In this document: positions 1 through 9,704 of the stretch, in pieces
How the letters are laid out: every line of letters begins with the position of its first letter
Position numbering within the stretch: the stretch's first letter is position 1
Assembly: GCA_039028615.1 (NCBI GenBank)
Contig: JBCCHT010000043.1
Coordinates: forward strand, 41,503 to 105,502
Direction of reading: 5' to 3'
Source: Myxococcota bacterium
Lineage (GTDB): Bacteria; Myxococcota_A; Polyangia; Nannocystales; Nannocystaceae
Length of the DNA stretch: 64,000 bases
Program-made: the position numbers and the translations under genes
Notes under the pieces: model-generated
Seen by the model: the letters and a program-made list of their open reading frames with translations, nothing else
Databases searched by the model: none
Told to the model about the DNA's origin: nothing

Positions 1-1020
1 CAGGTGATAGGCCTCGTTGCCCTCGTGGCTGAGCACGTGCTGGGTGCTGCCGCTGCCGCTGGAGGACTCGGCGAACGCCGCCTCGCCCGCGAGGGGCAAG
101 AACAGGTTCGAGGCCACCCGCGTGATGTCGCAGGTGAACGCGTACGCGATGAGCTCGGTCATCAGCTGGTTGGTCAGCGTCAGCTGCTCGGCGTTGACCG
201 GCTCGTTGTTCTCGTGGTCGGGCTGGGCCGGAAGATCGCAGGTCGGCGGCGTGGCGGTGATCTTCTGCTCGAGTTCGGCCAGGGCCTCGAAGTGAGCATC
301 GAGGCGCTGGTTGTCGAGCATGCCCAGCCGCGGACGCAGCTGGTCGGCATCTTCACGCACGGCATCGAGGATGCTCAGGCGCAGCGCGCTGTCGTCGGGG
401 GCGGGCACGAACTCGCCGAAGATCGACTGCCACACCTGGGCGGGGCTGGACTGACCGTAGAGCGGGGTGAGGCTGCCCGGCTCGCCGCGCACCGAGATGG
501 TGGTGGCCGTGGTGCCGTTATCCGCAGGCGAGAAGCCCTTGGAGCACTGCACCTGCATGGAGCGAATGGGCGTGGTGACCCGCTCGGCGATCGCGTCCGC
601 GATGACCTGGTCGATGGTGGGGCCGCCGTAGTTCGAGGCGAACCCGGGACCGCCCGTCTGCTGGAAGGTATAGCCGCTGAACGCGGTCATGCCCTCGTGG
701 TGCGTGATGGCATCGGCACACCGGTTTTGCATGCCGCTGACGATCGACACGTAGTCCTGAACCGGAGCGAAGGGAGCGAGCTCCTCGGAGAGCTCGTAGC
801 CCGGACCGAGGGTGAGCGGCTCCCAACGGCTGTTGATGATGCCGTTGCCCCAGAAGAAGGAGATGAACCGAGTCGGCAGGTCCTGACCGTTGGCCAGGGC
901 GGTGCCGTTGCTGTTGAGCATGGCCTCGAGGGGCGGCAGGCCCACCGAGACGGCGGCGCCTCCGAGCAGGCCTCGAAGCATGGTGCGGCGGTTGAGCTGG
1001 AACTTGCGCAAGGGATGCAT
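1..1020 (-). CDS. DUF1552-family protein with Tat-like N-terminus (3' end runs off the window)
   Basis: Not in the ORF track; translated by hand from ATG at 1020: MHPLRKFQLNRRTMLRGLLGGAAVSVGLPPLEAM...FFWGNG...GGPTIDQVIADAI. GGAG RBS upstream. Lies directly downstream of a DUF1592 gene, the usual pairing. Confidence 0.85.
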   Translation of the reverse strand, partial: MHPLRKFQLNRRTMLRGLLGGAAVSVGLPPLEAMLNSNGTALANGQDLPTRFISFFWGNGIINSRWEPLTLGPGYELSEELAPFAPVQDYVSIVSGMQNRCADAITHHEGMTAFSGYTFQQTGGPGFASNYGGPTIDQVIADAIAERVTTPIRSMQVQCSKGFSPADNGTTATTISVRGEPGSLTPLYGQSSPAQVWQSIFGEFVPAPDDSALRLSILDAVREDADQLRPRLGMLDNQRLDAHFEALAELEQKITATPPTCDLPAQPDHENNEPVNAEQLTLTNQLMTELIAYAFTCDITRVASNLFLPLAGEAAFAESSSGSGSTQHVLSHEGNEAYHL

Positions 1021-1057
1021 GGCGAAGTGACTCCGTTTTCCGAAAATGCCTTTGTGC

Positions 1058-2788
1058 CTACTTGGGGGCGTCCACCAAGCGGAACAGCGGGTTGACGGTC
1101 AGTTCGACCATGAGTGCTTTGTAGTTGTAGTCGGTCTCGGAGAAGCTCTCGTCCAGGGTGGCGATGCCGGCGGCCTGGTCGAGGCCGGGGTCGTGGCCCA
1201 GCGTGCTGCGGTAGAGATTCCGAACGACGCAGTTCGGAACCCGCGGGTCGTTGCGGATGAGCCCGGCGAGGTCGGCCGCGCCGCCGAAGCTACCCACGCC
1301 GCCCACCTCACCCGAGGAGTCGATGGGAAGCCCGTTGTCGAGCTGTCGGAAGGCACCGATCGCACTGTAGCGCTCGAACGCGAAGCCGATGGGATCCATG
1401 AGCGCATGGCAGGCCGCACAGCTGTCGTCCTGGTTGTGCTCGTTCTCCAGCCACTCGCGCAGGGTCTGGCCCTCCATCGGTGCCGGCGGCATGACCTCCA
1501 CATCGGGCGGCGGCGGCAGGATGTCGGTGCACAGCAGCGTCTCCTGCACGAAGAGCCCGCGTCGCGTGGGCGAGTTGATGTCGGGGTGAGAGAAGACGCT
1601 GAGGAACGCGGGGTGCGTCAGGAAGCCCGCGCGCTGCTGGCCTTCGGGGAAGGACACGAGCTGCCACGGGAACTCGGGTGGATCCATCCCGTACAGCTGA
1701 GCGAGGTCGTCGTTCACGAACGTGTAGTTCGCGTCGAAGATGCCCAGGAAGTTGCTCTCCTCTTCGAAGACCACGTTCTGGATGAGCAAGAGCGTCTCTT
1801 GCCGCATCGCCGCCGCGAGGTCGGGGTTGAAGGTGGGGAACAGCTCGGCGTCCTTGCCCTTGTTCTCCAGCTCGCGGAGCTTGTAAAGCTCGTCGTAGAA
1901 CTCGGCGAGACGGGTGCGGGCTTCCGGCCGCGTGAGCATGTCTTCGGCGACCGCCCGAATTTGGCCGTCCTCCGACAGCTGCCCCGACTCGGCCGTGTCC
2001 AGCGTCCCCCCGTCGGGCGTATGACCCAGCAGGAAGAACGACAGGCGCGACGCCATCTCGTAGTCGGTGAGAACGCGGTGCTCTCCGTCTTCGGTCTCCT
2101 CGCCAACCTCCACCACATACAGGAAGTTGGGCGACTGGAAGATGGTGCCCACGAGGTACTTGATACCGGTGAGGAAGTCGTTGCCTCCCCATTCGTAGGC
2201 GGCGTTGGCGATCTCGACGACGTCGGCGATCTCCTCGTCGGTCAGCGGTCGACGCCACGCCATGCGCCCCAGCTCGGCGGCGACCGTGTCGTAGCAGGAG
2301 GGGTCCTGACCATCTGCCACGCAAGGCACGAGGGCGTTGAGCGAGGCCGGCTCGTTCATCACCGCGGTACCCATCGCCAGCGCCGAACTCTCGTACAGCT
2401 CGATGTCGATGGGCGTCAGCGGCTCCTCGTTGACGGTCTGCGAGTCGAAAGTGCCCAGCTCGGGCAGCGGAGGCGGGTTGGCGGCTTCGGCAACCTCGGC
2501 TCCGAGGATGACCTCTACGCTCGCGACGTACTGATCGGGTGTCAGGCGACGAATGCCGCCCGGTGGCGGGAGCACATTCGCGTCGCCCCCCGTGTTGGTA
2601 CCGTCGGTTCCGGTCTCGTCTGCCGTGCCATCGACACCGTCGGTCCCCCCCGCGGTGCCGGTCCCGCTTTCGGTGCCACCTGCTCCTCCCCCGCCGTCAT
2701 CACCACAACCAGTGGCAGGTACGGCTAGCGCGAGGAGACATAACGGCAGAGTCAGTATGTGACTGGAACGGAGCGGAAGCGTTTTCAT
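1058..2788 (-). CDS. DUF1587/DUF1595/DUF1592/DUF1588/DUF1585-type lipoprotein with one CxxCH
   Basis: Signal peptide with lipobox ATGC, Gly/Thr/Asp linker, then IRRLT, AWRRPL, SPNFLY, ASRLSFFL, SPTRRG, CAACH, DPIGFAFE. Start moved to MKTLPL (ATG 2788). Confidence 0.88.
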   Translation of the reverse strand: MKTLPLRSSHILTLPLCLLALAVPATGCGDDGGGGAGGTESGTGTAGGTDGVDGTADETGTDGTNTGGDANVLPPPGGIRRLTPDQYVASVEVILGAEVAEAANPPPLPELGTFDSQTVNEEPLTPIDIELYESSALAMGTAVMNEPASLNALVPCVADGQDPSCYDTVAAELGRMAWRRPLTDEEIADVVEIANAAYEWGGNDFLTGIKYLVGTIFQSPNFLYVVEVGEETEDGEHRVLTDYEMASRLSFFLLGHTPDGGTLDTAESGQLSEDGQIRAVAEDMLTRPEARTRLAEFYDELYKLRELENKGKDAELFPTFNPDLAAAMRQETLLLIQNVVFEEESNFLGIFDANYTFVNDDLAQLYGMDPPEFPWQLVSFPEGQQRAGFLTHPAFLSVFSHPDINSPTRRGLFVQETLLCTDILPPPPDVEVMPPAPMEGQTLREWLENEHNQDDSCAACHALMDPIGFAFERYSAIGAFRQLDNGLPIDSSGEVGGVGSFGGAADLAGLIRNDPRVPNCVVRNLYRSTLGHDPGLDQAAGIATLDESFSETDYNYKALMVELTVNPLFRLVDAPK

Positions 2789-3979
2789 CGTGGACCTAGC
2801 GATGAAGATGAGAGACCCGCTGGAGGTGCAGACCAGCGAACCCGAAAACAGAAAATTGAACCCCGGAAACACCGCGCCCGTGTCGCGGTGGGTGGACCGT
2901 GCCCTGACCTACATGGCCGAGGACAACAAGATCCTTTGGCAACGGACGTGGTTATCGCGTGACCTTCGAAAATTTGCCAGAGATATCCTCTCCGACGCCG
3001 AATTCGCGATTTTAGGCGACATCCACCTTCATCGAAGGAAAGGTGAGACATGGCGCTCGGGCTAGTGTCAGTGAAACGCCCAGCCCATCCGTCGATTGCC
3101 AATGAAGTGCCGCGCAGCGGCGATTGGCGGCCACAGGAGACAGCGAACGATCGATCGCAGGTCTTCGTCTGGTGGCAGCGTGAAGGCGTCATCGAACGCA
3201 TTGAACTCGGCCGAGTGTTTTTCGAAATGCAGCTCGCGTTTTCGGCGAGCCCTCGCGAGTGCGAGCGCCGAGCTCGATCGTTCAATATGTCGTCGGACGT
3301 CTTCGGTTTCGCGAAATGATCGACGCATTCGACCGCTGCAGATCTGGCCAGCATGCGTGGCTTCGATCCGATGCATGGCAATAACTGCAAAGTCGATCTC
3401 CGCGTCTGTAGCCGGCGGCCTCGCCGACGCGGGCACGATGCAAACGCTCGCGCGGCGATGGACTCCACCATCACCTCGGTGCTCGCGTTGAAAACTCGAC
3501 CGACCATTCGACGCCGAGTGGACTTACCCCGAGCCACTCGATGCTGACACTTTCGATCGACGTCTTTATCCGCCGCGACGCGCGACCCATTGATGCCGCA
3601 TTGAAGGGGCGTGCTTCCTCTTATGAACGCTCGAAATCGCGGTCGACAGTGACCCCTTCGATCCCATTTGGGGCCGTGAATTAGGGATCTCCCCGACGAA
3701 GTTACCGTCCGTTTTCGGGCCATTTCGAAATGTGAACGCCCGGAATTTCGACCGTCGTGGAGCAGGTCTCTGAACAATGAAGGCTGCCAATCCGAGTCCC
3801 CGAACAGCGGTTAGACCGTCCGGCCAGTTGATCGCGTATGCCCCTTTAAACCGCCGATAACTACGTTTTAACGGCGCGCGATCATGACCATGCGAGTCAT
3901 CGATCCACGTTGATCGGGGGGGTGAGTCATGCAATCCCTGATACTGGATTTTCCCACCCCCTGATTGGCAGATCGCTTC

Positions 3980-5077
3980 ATGTCGACCCCCCCGACCGAG
4001 CCCCTCGCCCTTCGCGTTCGAGTCCTCGATGGTCCGCTCCGCGGCGCCTCCCATCCCGTGTCTGGTCGGCTGGCGATCGGGCGGTCCAATGGCTCCCATA
4101 TTCAGCTCGTGCACGACGGTGTCTCCCGCCAGCACGCTCAAATCACCACCGACGATCAGGGGCGCCACATCCTGGTCGACCTCGACAGCAGCAACGGCAC
4201 GTTCATCGGGGGCCGGCGTATCCGGCGTCAGATTCTGAGCCCGGGCACGGTCTTCAAGATCATGCGGGTGAAGCTGGTGTACGAGCCAGCCGTCGAACAG
4301 CCAGTGGAGTGCGACGACTCGGGCACCTTCGCGGTTCAGCCCACCGACCATCGCACGTTGCGGCAGACCACCGACTACGTCGCGGCGGATCTGCCGTGCC
4401 CGGTCAGCCCCAGCTCGAGTGACGGCGAGGACGCCGACATCCCGATCCCTCAGACCCGAGCCCAGTCTTCCACGGGCCCTGCCGCGCAGGCGCTCGGCGA
4501 GGACCGCCATCGGGTCATCGCCACTCGCCCCGACGGCACGGTGTACGAGGGCAGCCTCGTCGACGACCTCATCGAGTACCGAGCCCTTCGAGCTCGCGAG
4601 CTCCGTGGCGAGACGCCGACCGAAGAGGAGTTCGACCGCACCGCCATCCTCCATGGGCGACTGCGGGCGCCACCGTCTCGCTTTCCCAGCAAGCGCATCT
4701 TCGAACGATTCAGCTGCCACTTCCCCGCAAAACTTCGATTCGCGGGCGAAGAAGAGATGTCCATCGCCGTGCTCGACCTCGGAGCCGACGGCGCCAAGAT
4801 CCGTGCATACGACCACAACCTACCCCACGGCAAGATCGTGTGGTTGGCGATTCACTTGGTCTCGAGAGGCCGAGCGCAGACGGTTGTGTTCACGGGTCGG
4901 GTGACGTGGACATGTCGCGACCATGTGGGTCTGAGTCTGGGTGGCATGCCGGGCTGGGAAGGCGGTCGAGATCGGAAGATCGAGACGCGAACCCGCATGG
5001 ATCTACGTTCCTCGCTGGAATCACATGGCTCGGTCGGAAGCACGATGAACTCCGCATCGGCTCACGCTCCAACCTGA
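3980..5077 (+). CDS. FHA domain + helical linker + PilZ domain protein (copy 1)
   Basis: FHA motifs IGR, VSRQHA, SSNGT. C-terminal PilZ-like RIFER and DLGADG followed by GRVTW...VGL. Confidence 0.8.
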   Translation: MSTPPTEPLALRVRVLDGPLRGASHPVSGRLAIGRSNGSHIQLVHDGVSRQHAQITTDDQGRHILVDLDSSNGTFIGGRRIRRQILSPGTVFKIMRVKLVYEPAVEQPVECDDSGTFAVQPTDHRTLRQTTDYVAADLPCPVSPSSSDGEDADIPIPQTRAQSSTGPAAQALGEDRHRVIATRPDGTVYEGSLVDDLIEYRALRARELRGETPTEEEFDRTAILHGRLRAPPSRFPSKRIFERFSCHFPAKLRFAGEEEMSIAVLDLGADGAKIRAYDHNLPHGKIVWLAIHLVSRGRAQTVVFTGRVTWTCRDHVGLSLGGMPGWEGGRDRKIETRTRMDLRSSLESHGSVGSTMNSASAHAPT

Positions 5078-5116
5078 TCGCCCACGACCCGCAGCGCCTG
5101 CGGTATCCTGAGCACC

Positions 5117-7051
5117 TTGTCGAAGCTCGGTCAGCTCCTGTCGTACTTGGAGCGCCCCGACGTCACGGAATTGATCTTCCGATCGGGGTCTCCTGCCGTG
5201 ATGCAAGTGGGCAATCGCCAACACCCGCTCACCATCACGCCACTCAAGGTCGCACAGATTCGTCGGTTCTTCGCCGGCACCGAAGTCGTCGATCATCTAC
5301 CGACTTCGAACAACGGCCTCGAGACGCACTCGATGGCGCTGATGGGCACGCCCTACTTGGTGACCATCGGAGGCGATGCACACTCGCTCGAGATCCGGGT
5401 GGGCAATACCGCCAACGAGCCCGAGGCGGCACCGGTGCAAGTCACCGATCAACCCTCGAGCACTCGCGAGCCGCCCACCGAGCAGGGCCAGCACTACCTG
5501 CCTCACCAAGCGCCCACCGACGATCGGCCGGCCCCGCCCAGCGCCGACAGGCCCACGCCCGCCGAGCCCGTGGACTCCGGGCTGGTCATCGAGCGCAACG
5601 ACGACTTCAACGCATCGTTCCACGGCGGCGCCCAGAGCCTGAGCAGCCCCGTGCCCGACGAGCAGCTGCCCCAGATGCCGCCCATCGAGCGCGGCGGCAT
5701 GGTGGTCGACGAGGGCATGCCCGCGGTCGAGATCCCGCGGACGCCTCGGCCCGGGCTGACGCCGGTCGAGTTCCAGGAACAAACGCAGGGTCGGGCCAGC
5801 GCGCTGTCGACCGCCGACCTGCCGCGTCAGACCGCCGAGACGACGCCTGCCCCCCGGCCTCCGCCACCACGCCCCCCCGCCTCGGGCACGCGCACCGACA
5901 CCAGCGCGATGGACGAGCCGCTGCGTCCGAGGTCGGTGCATCCCGGCCTGCGCGAGATCCTGACCGCGGCCAGACAGCACGGGGCCAGCGACGTGCACAT
6001 CATGTCCGACGCTCCGGTGCGGGTACGCCGAGTCGGTGCGCTCGAGCCCGCGGGCACTCCCGTGCCCGCCGGAGACGTCGCCGACATGGTCGACTCGCTG
6101 CTCGAGCCCCGGCACCGCGCCCAGCTCGAGTCCCTGGGCTACGCCGACCTCGGCTCCGAGCTGGAGGGCGCGGGCCGACTTCGCATCAACATCAACCGCC
6201 AGCGCACCGGGCTGAAGATCTGCGTTCGCCTGGTCGTCACCGTGCCCCCGTCGCTCGAGGCGCTGGGCCTGCCGCCCGAGGTCCGCAAGCTGACCACCCA
6301 TCACCAGGGGCTGGCGATCATCTCGGGGCCCAACGGGCACGGCAAGACGACCACCATGTCGGCGCTGGTCGACATGTTCAATGCCCACAAGGCGCAGCAC
6401 ATCATCACGGTGGAAGACCCGGTCGAGGTCATCCACCCGCGCAAGCAGGCGCTCGTCACTCAGCGCGAGGTGGGCACGCACACCAGGAGCTTCGAAGCCG
6501 CCCTGGCCGCTTCCCTCCGCGAAGACCCCGACATCATCGCCATCGGTGAGCTCCGGGACCGCGAGACGGTGGAGATGGCCTTGTCCGCCTCGGAGACGGG
6601 ACACCTGGTGCTCGCCACCATGAGCACGCCTTCGGGGGCCAAGACCATCGACCGGGTCATCGACATGTTCCCGCCCGACGATCAGTCGCAGGTTCGAGCC
6701 ACGCTGGCGGGCGCCCTCAAGCTGGTGATCAGCCAACGCCTGCTGCGTCGCGCCGACGGCCGCGGGCTGGTGGCCGCCTACGAGATGATCACGGGCAACG
6801 TCCCGCTGTGGACGCTCATCCGCGACAGCAAGCTCTTCCAGCTGCCCAGCTTGCTGCAGCGCGGCCGCAACTTCGGCATGATCCGCCTCGAGGACTCCTT
6901 GCGGGAGCTGCTCGACAAGGGCGTCATCGACCGCGCGGAAGCGGAGCTATACGCCGAAGATCCTCGCGCCCTCTCGCCTACGCCTTCCGCCCAGCCTCCA
7001 CCGCCTCCGCCGCCCAAGAAAGAGGGCTGGCGTTTCGGTCGCGGCCGCTGA
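5117..7051 (+). CDS. PilT/PilU-family ATPase with extra N-terminal domain and Pro-rich linker
   Basis: ASDVHI, Walker A GPNGHGKTT, Asp box TVEDPVE, Walker B REDPDIIAIGELRD, His box GHLVLATMST. TTG start. Confidence 0.9.
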   Translation: MSKLGQLLSYLERPDVTELIFRSGSPAVMQVGNRQHPLTITPLKVAQIRRFFAGTEVVDHLPTSNNGLETHSMALMGTPYLVTIGGDAHSLEIRVGNTANEPEAAPVQVTDQPSSTREPPTEQGQHYLPHQAPTDDRPAPPSADRPTPAEPVDSGLVIERNDDFNASFHGGAQSLSSPVPDEQLPQMPPIERGGMVVDEGMPAVEIPRTPRPGLTPVEFQEQTQGRASALSTADLPRQTAETTPAPRPPPPRPPASGTRTDTSAMDEPLRPRSVHPGLREILTAARQHGASDVHIMSDAPVRVRRVGALEPAGTPVPAGDVADMVDSLLEPRHRAQLESLGYADLGSELEGAGRLRININRQRTGLKICVRLVVTVPPSLEALGLPPEVRKLTTHHQGLAIISGPNGHGKTTTMSALVDMFNAHKAQHIITVEDPVEVIHPRKQALVTQREVGTHTRSFEAALAASLREDPDIIAIGELRDRETVEMALSASETGHLVLATMSTPSGAKTIDRVIDMFPPDDQSQVRATLAGALKLVISQRLLRRADGRGLVAAYEMITGNVPLWTLIRDSKLFQLPSLLQRGRNFGMIRLEDSLRELLDKGVIDRAEAELYAEDPRALSPTPSAQPPPPPPPKKEGWRFGRGR

Positions 7052-7066
7052 GAGTTCAGGCTCGCC

Positions 7067-8146
7067 ATGGCAAGCATCGACGCACTCTTCGACCAGCTGA
7101 TGTCTCAGGGAGGCTCGGACCTCCACCTGTCGGTCGGCTACCCGCCCACGATTCGCCTGCGCGGCCTCTTGCATCCGCTGCGCGACGAACCGCTCGACCA
7201 CGCCGAGATGAACCAGCTGCTGTACGGGATCTTGGACGACCGTCGGCGGGCCGAGTTCGAGGAGCGCCACGACCTCGACTTTGCCTACGCCTACGGCGAC
7301 AAGGCCCGCTTCCGGGCGAACTACCTGATGAAGACGACCGGGCCCGGGGCGGTGTTTCGGACCATTCCGAGCAAGGTGCCCACCACCGAACAGCTCGGCG
7401 TGCCCGAGGCCATCGTCCGGCTCGCGGAGCGCCGCGCCGGCCTGGTGCTCGTCACCGGCCCCACGGGCAGCGGCAAGAGCACGACGCTGGCCTCACTCAT
7501 CTCGCACATCAACCACTCGCGACCGGGGCATATCCTCACCATCGAGGATCCCGTCGAGTTCGTGCATCAGCCCGTGCGCTGCCAGATCACGCACCGCGAA
7601 GTCGGCCTCGACACCCCGAGCTTCGCCGATGCGATTCGCTCGGCCGGTCGTGAGAACGCAGATGTCATCTTGGTCGGCGAGCTTCGAGGCCAAGAGACCA
7701 TGCGCATGGCACTGCAGCTGGCGAGCTACGGCGTGCTGGTGTTCGCCACCGTGCACACCAACTCCGCCGCGGCGACCATCGATCGCTTCGTCAACGCGTT
7801 CCCGGCCGGCCAGCAGCCGGCCATTCGCGGCATGCTCTCCGACGCGCTCGCGGGCATCGTGGCCCAGCAGCTGCTACGCACCGCCGACGGCAGCAAGCGC
7901 GTGGCCGTGCACGAGATCTTGGTGGGCACCACGGGCGTCGCCTCGGCGATTCGCGAGTCGAAGACTTCGATGATCTCGAGCTTGATCCAAGGGGGTGGTC
8001 GCGAGGGCATGCAGAGCATGGACAAGGCCCTGCAAGCACTCCTCGACGAGGGCACCATCAGCCCACTCGATGCCCTCGACAAGGCCCTCGACAAGGAAGC
8101 GTTTCAGCGCTTGCCGAAGGTTCGCCACGCCTTGGACAACGCTTGA
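7067..8146 (+). CDS. pilT: PilT-family type IV pilus retraction ATPase paralogue
   Basis: GSDLHL, RFRAN, GPTGSGKSTT, TIEDPVE, VILVGELR, ATVHT, GMQSMD. Confidence 0.9.
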   Translation: MASIDALFDQLMSQGGSDLHLSVGYPPTIRLRGLLHPLRDEPLDHAEMNQLLYGILDDRRRAEFEERHDLDFAYAYGDKARFRANYLMKTTGPGAVFRTIPSKVPTTEQLGVPEAIVRLAERRAGLVLVTGPTGSGKSTTLASLISHINHSRPGHILTIEDPVEFVHQPVRCQITHREVGLDTPSFADAIRSAGRENADVILVGELRGQETMRMALQLASYGVLVFATVHTNSAAATIDRFVNAFPAGQQPAIRGMLSDALAGIVAQQLLRTADGSKRVAVHEILVGTTGVASAIRESKTSMISSLIQGGGREGMQSMDKALQALLDEGTISPLDALDKALDKEAFQRLPKVRHALDNA

Positions 8147-8492
8147 ATGCACCAGTGTTGACCGCCGGATAAAGAGGCGGATCGACGACCGATCGGATCG
8201 CTCGTTTTGCTCCTCATGATGCGATCTCGATGAGGGTGCAGGTATGCCGAAAGCGACCTCGGGTCCGGTGTCCTGCGGTGTGACCAACGGGGGAACAGAT
8301 GTACGCAAGACGGACGGTTTGGACGGGTCAGATCGTCGGGTATCCCCTGGAATTGTGGAAAATAGCAACGATTTCGAGCGACATTACAACTGACAGTGCT
8401 ACTTGTTCTGGTCGTAGGCTCCGCGATTCCTCGGCTCTCAGTTTCGGTGGTCCCCGTCCACGCCGAACCAGCCGAAGGGGCCACCCGTCCCC

Positions 8493-9548
8493 ATGATGCA
8501 AACGAGAGAACTCGAGGTCACGCGGTGGCAACTCCGCGTCCTGACCGGACCCTTGCGCGGCATGGTTCACGTCGTCGGCGAGCGCACTGGTCTCGGCCGA
8601 TCCGTGAGCTCCGATCTTCAGCTCATCGACACCGGCGTCTCCCGTCAACACGCCATGATCGTCGAGAGTGACAACGGTGATCACGTGCTCATCGATCTGG
8701 CGAGCGCAAACGGGACCTATGTCGATGGGCAGCGGGTCGAGCGGGTCGAGCTGCGCCCCGGCATGGTCATCAAGATCGTCGACACCGAGCTCACCTACGA
8801 GGCCGCGCGTCCCGGGCTCGCCAACCGCCCCACCGCTCCGGTGTTCGCGGTGCCGCAGTCCGACTCGCGAACGCTTCGCGGCACGACCGAGGTGCCGGCC
8901 AACAACTCGAAAGGCGCGAGCGCCGAGTCGGCGACCGGTCCCGACGGTCAGGTCCTCGCGGGGGCGGAGCGCTGCCCGGTGATCTTCGAGAACCCCGACG
9001 GCACCGAGCAAGGCGGCCAGATCATCGCCGACATCATCGAGTACCGGACGCTTCGCTCGCAGTGCCTCAAGGGTGGCCTGGCCGACCCGGCCCAGCGCCA
9101 GCACTTCAACGATCTCCAGCGCAAGTTGCAGCAACCCCCCGCGCCGCCCCCCGCGTCGCAGCGAGCCTTCTGCCGTTTCGGCTGCTGGTTCCCCGCTGCG
9201 ATCCGTTTTGCATCCGGGAGTGAAATTGCTTGCTGGGTGCGAGACTTCGGCGTCGACGGTGCGCAGATCAAAGTCGGCGAGCACGAGATTGTCCGCGACT
9301 CGATCGTTTGGCTCGCGATGAGCCTCGAATTCGACGGCCGGCCACGCTCCGAGGTCCTAACGGGACGCGTCGCATGGGTCGATGGCGAGTTCCTCGGTCT
9401 GGCATTTACCGGGGCACCACGGTCCGAATACGGGCGCTACACGGCGAACCCCCAGATTCGCGAAGAGCTCGACGACACCCGGACTTTCCCCGATCGGACG
9501 ACGGCACCGCACCGAGGACTGCGGTTGGCTACCGACGGAAAGAACTGA
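8493..9548 (+). CDS. FHA domain + helical linker + PilZ domain protein (copy 2)
   Basis: LGR, VSRQHA, SANGT; PilZ-like RAFCR and DFGVDG, GRVAW...LGLAF. Colinear with the 3980-5077 product. Confidence 0.8.
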   Translation: MMQTRELEVTRWQLRVLTGPLRGMVHVVGERTGLGRSVSSDLQLIDTGVSRQHAMIVESDNGDHVLIDLASANGTYVDGQRVERVELRPGMVIKIVDTELTYEAARPGLANRPTAPVFAVPQSDSRTLRGTTEVPANNSKGASAESATGPDGQVLAGAERCPVIFENPDGTEQGGQIIADIIEYRTLRSQCLKGGLADPAQRQHFNDLQRKLQQPPAPPPASQRAFCRFGCWFPAAIRFASGSEIACWVRDFGVDGAQIKVGEHEIVRDSIVWLAMSLEFDGRPRSEVLTGRVAWVDGEFLGLAFTGAPRSEYGRYTANPQIREELDDTRTFPDRTTAPHRGLRLATDGKN

Positions 9549-9704
9549 ACCGGTTCCGAAACGATCGACCCGGCCACGAGTCGATCCGGTGTGAACGGTT
9601 TTACCGTACCAGCGGACACGATCGTTTCATCGCCGTAGGAACGACCGGTAAAACGACAAATGTGACTCCTGTGCCTTGGCACTGTCACACGAGATTGCGA
9701 CCAT

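Noticed and set aside
4..2728. Long plus-strand ORFs 4-1095 and 1046-2728, and similar shadow ORFs elsewhere (e.g. 53871-56918, 58797-61256)
   Set aside because: Antisense or off-frame shadows of real genes, expected at high GC; no motifs and skewed Arg/Gly/Ala composition.
3097..3112. Sigma-54-like GG-N10-GC on the minus strand (also at 58497-58512)
   Set aside because: The -12 element reads TGGC rather than TTGC, both sites are far from starts, and such matches arise by chance at this GC content.
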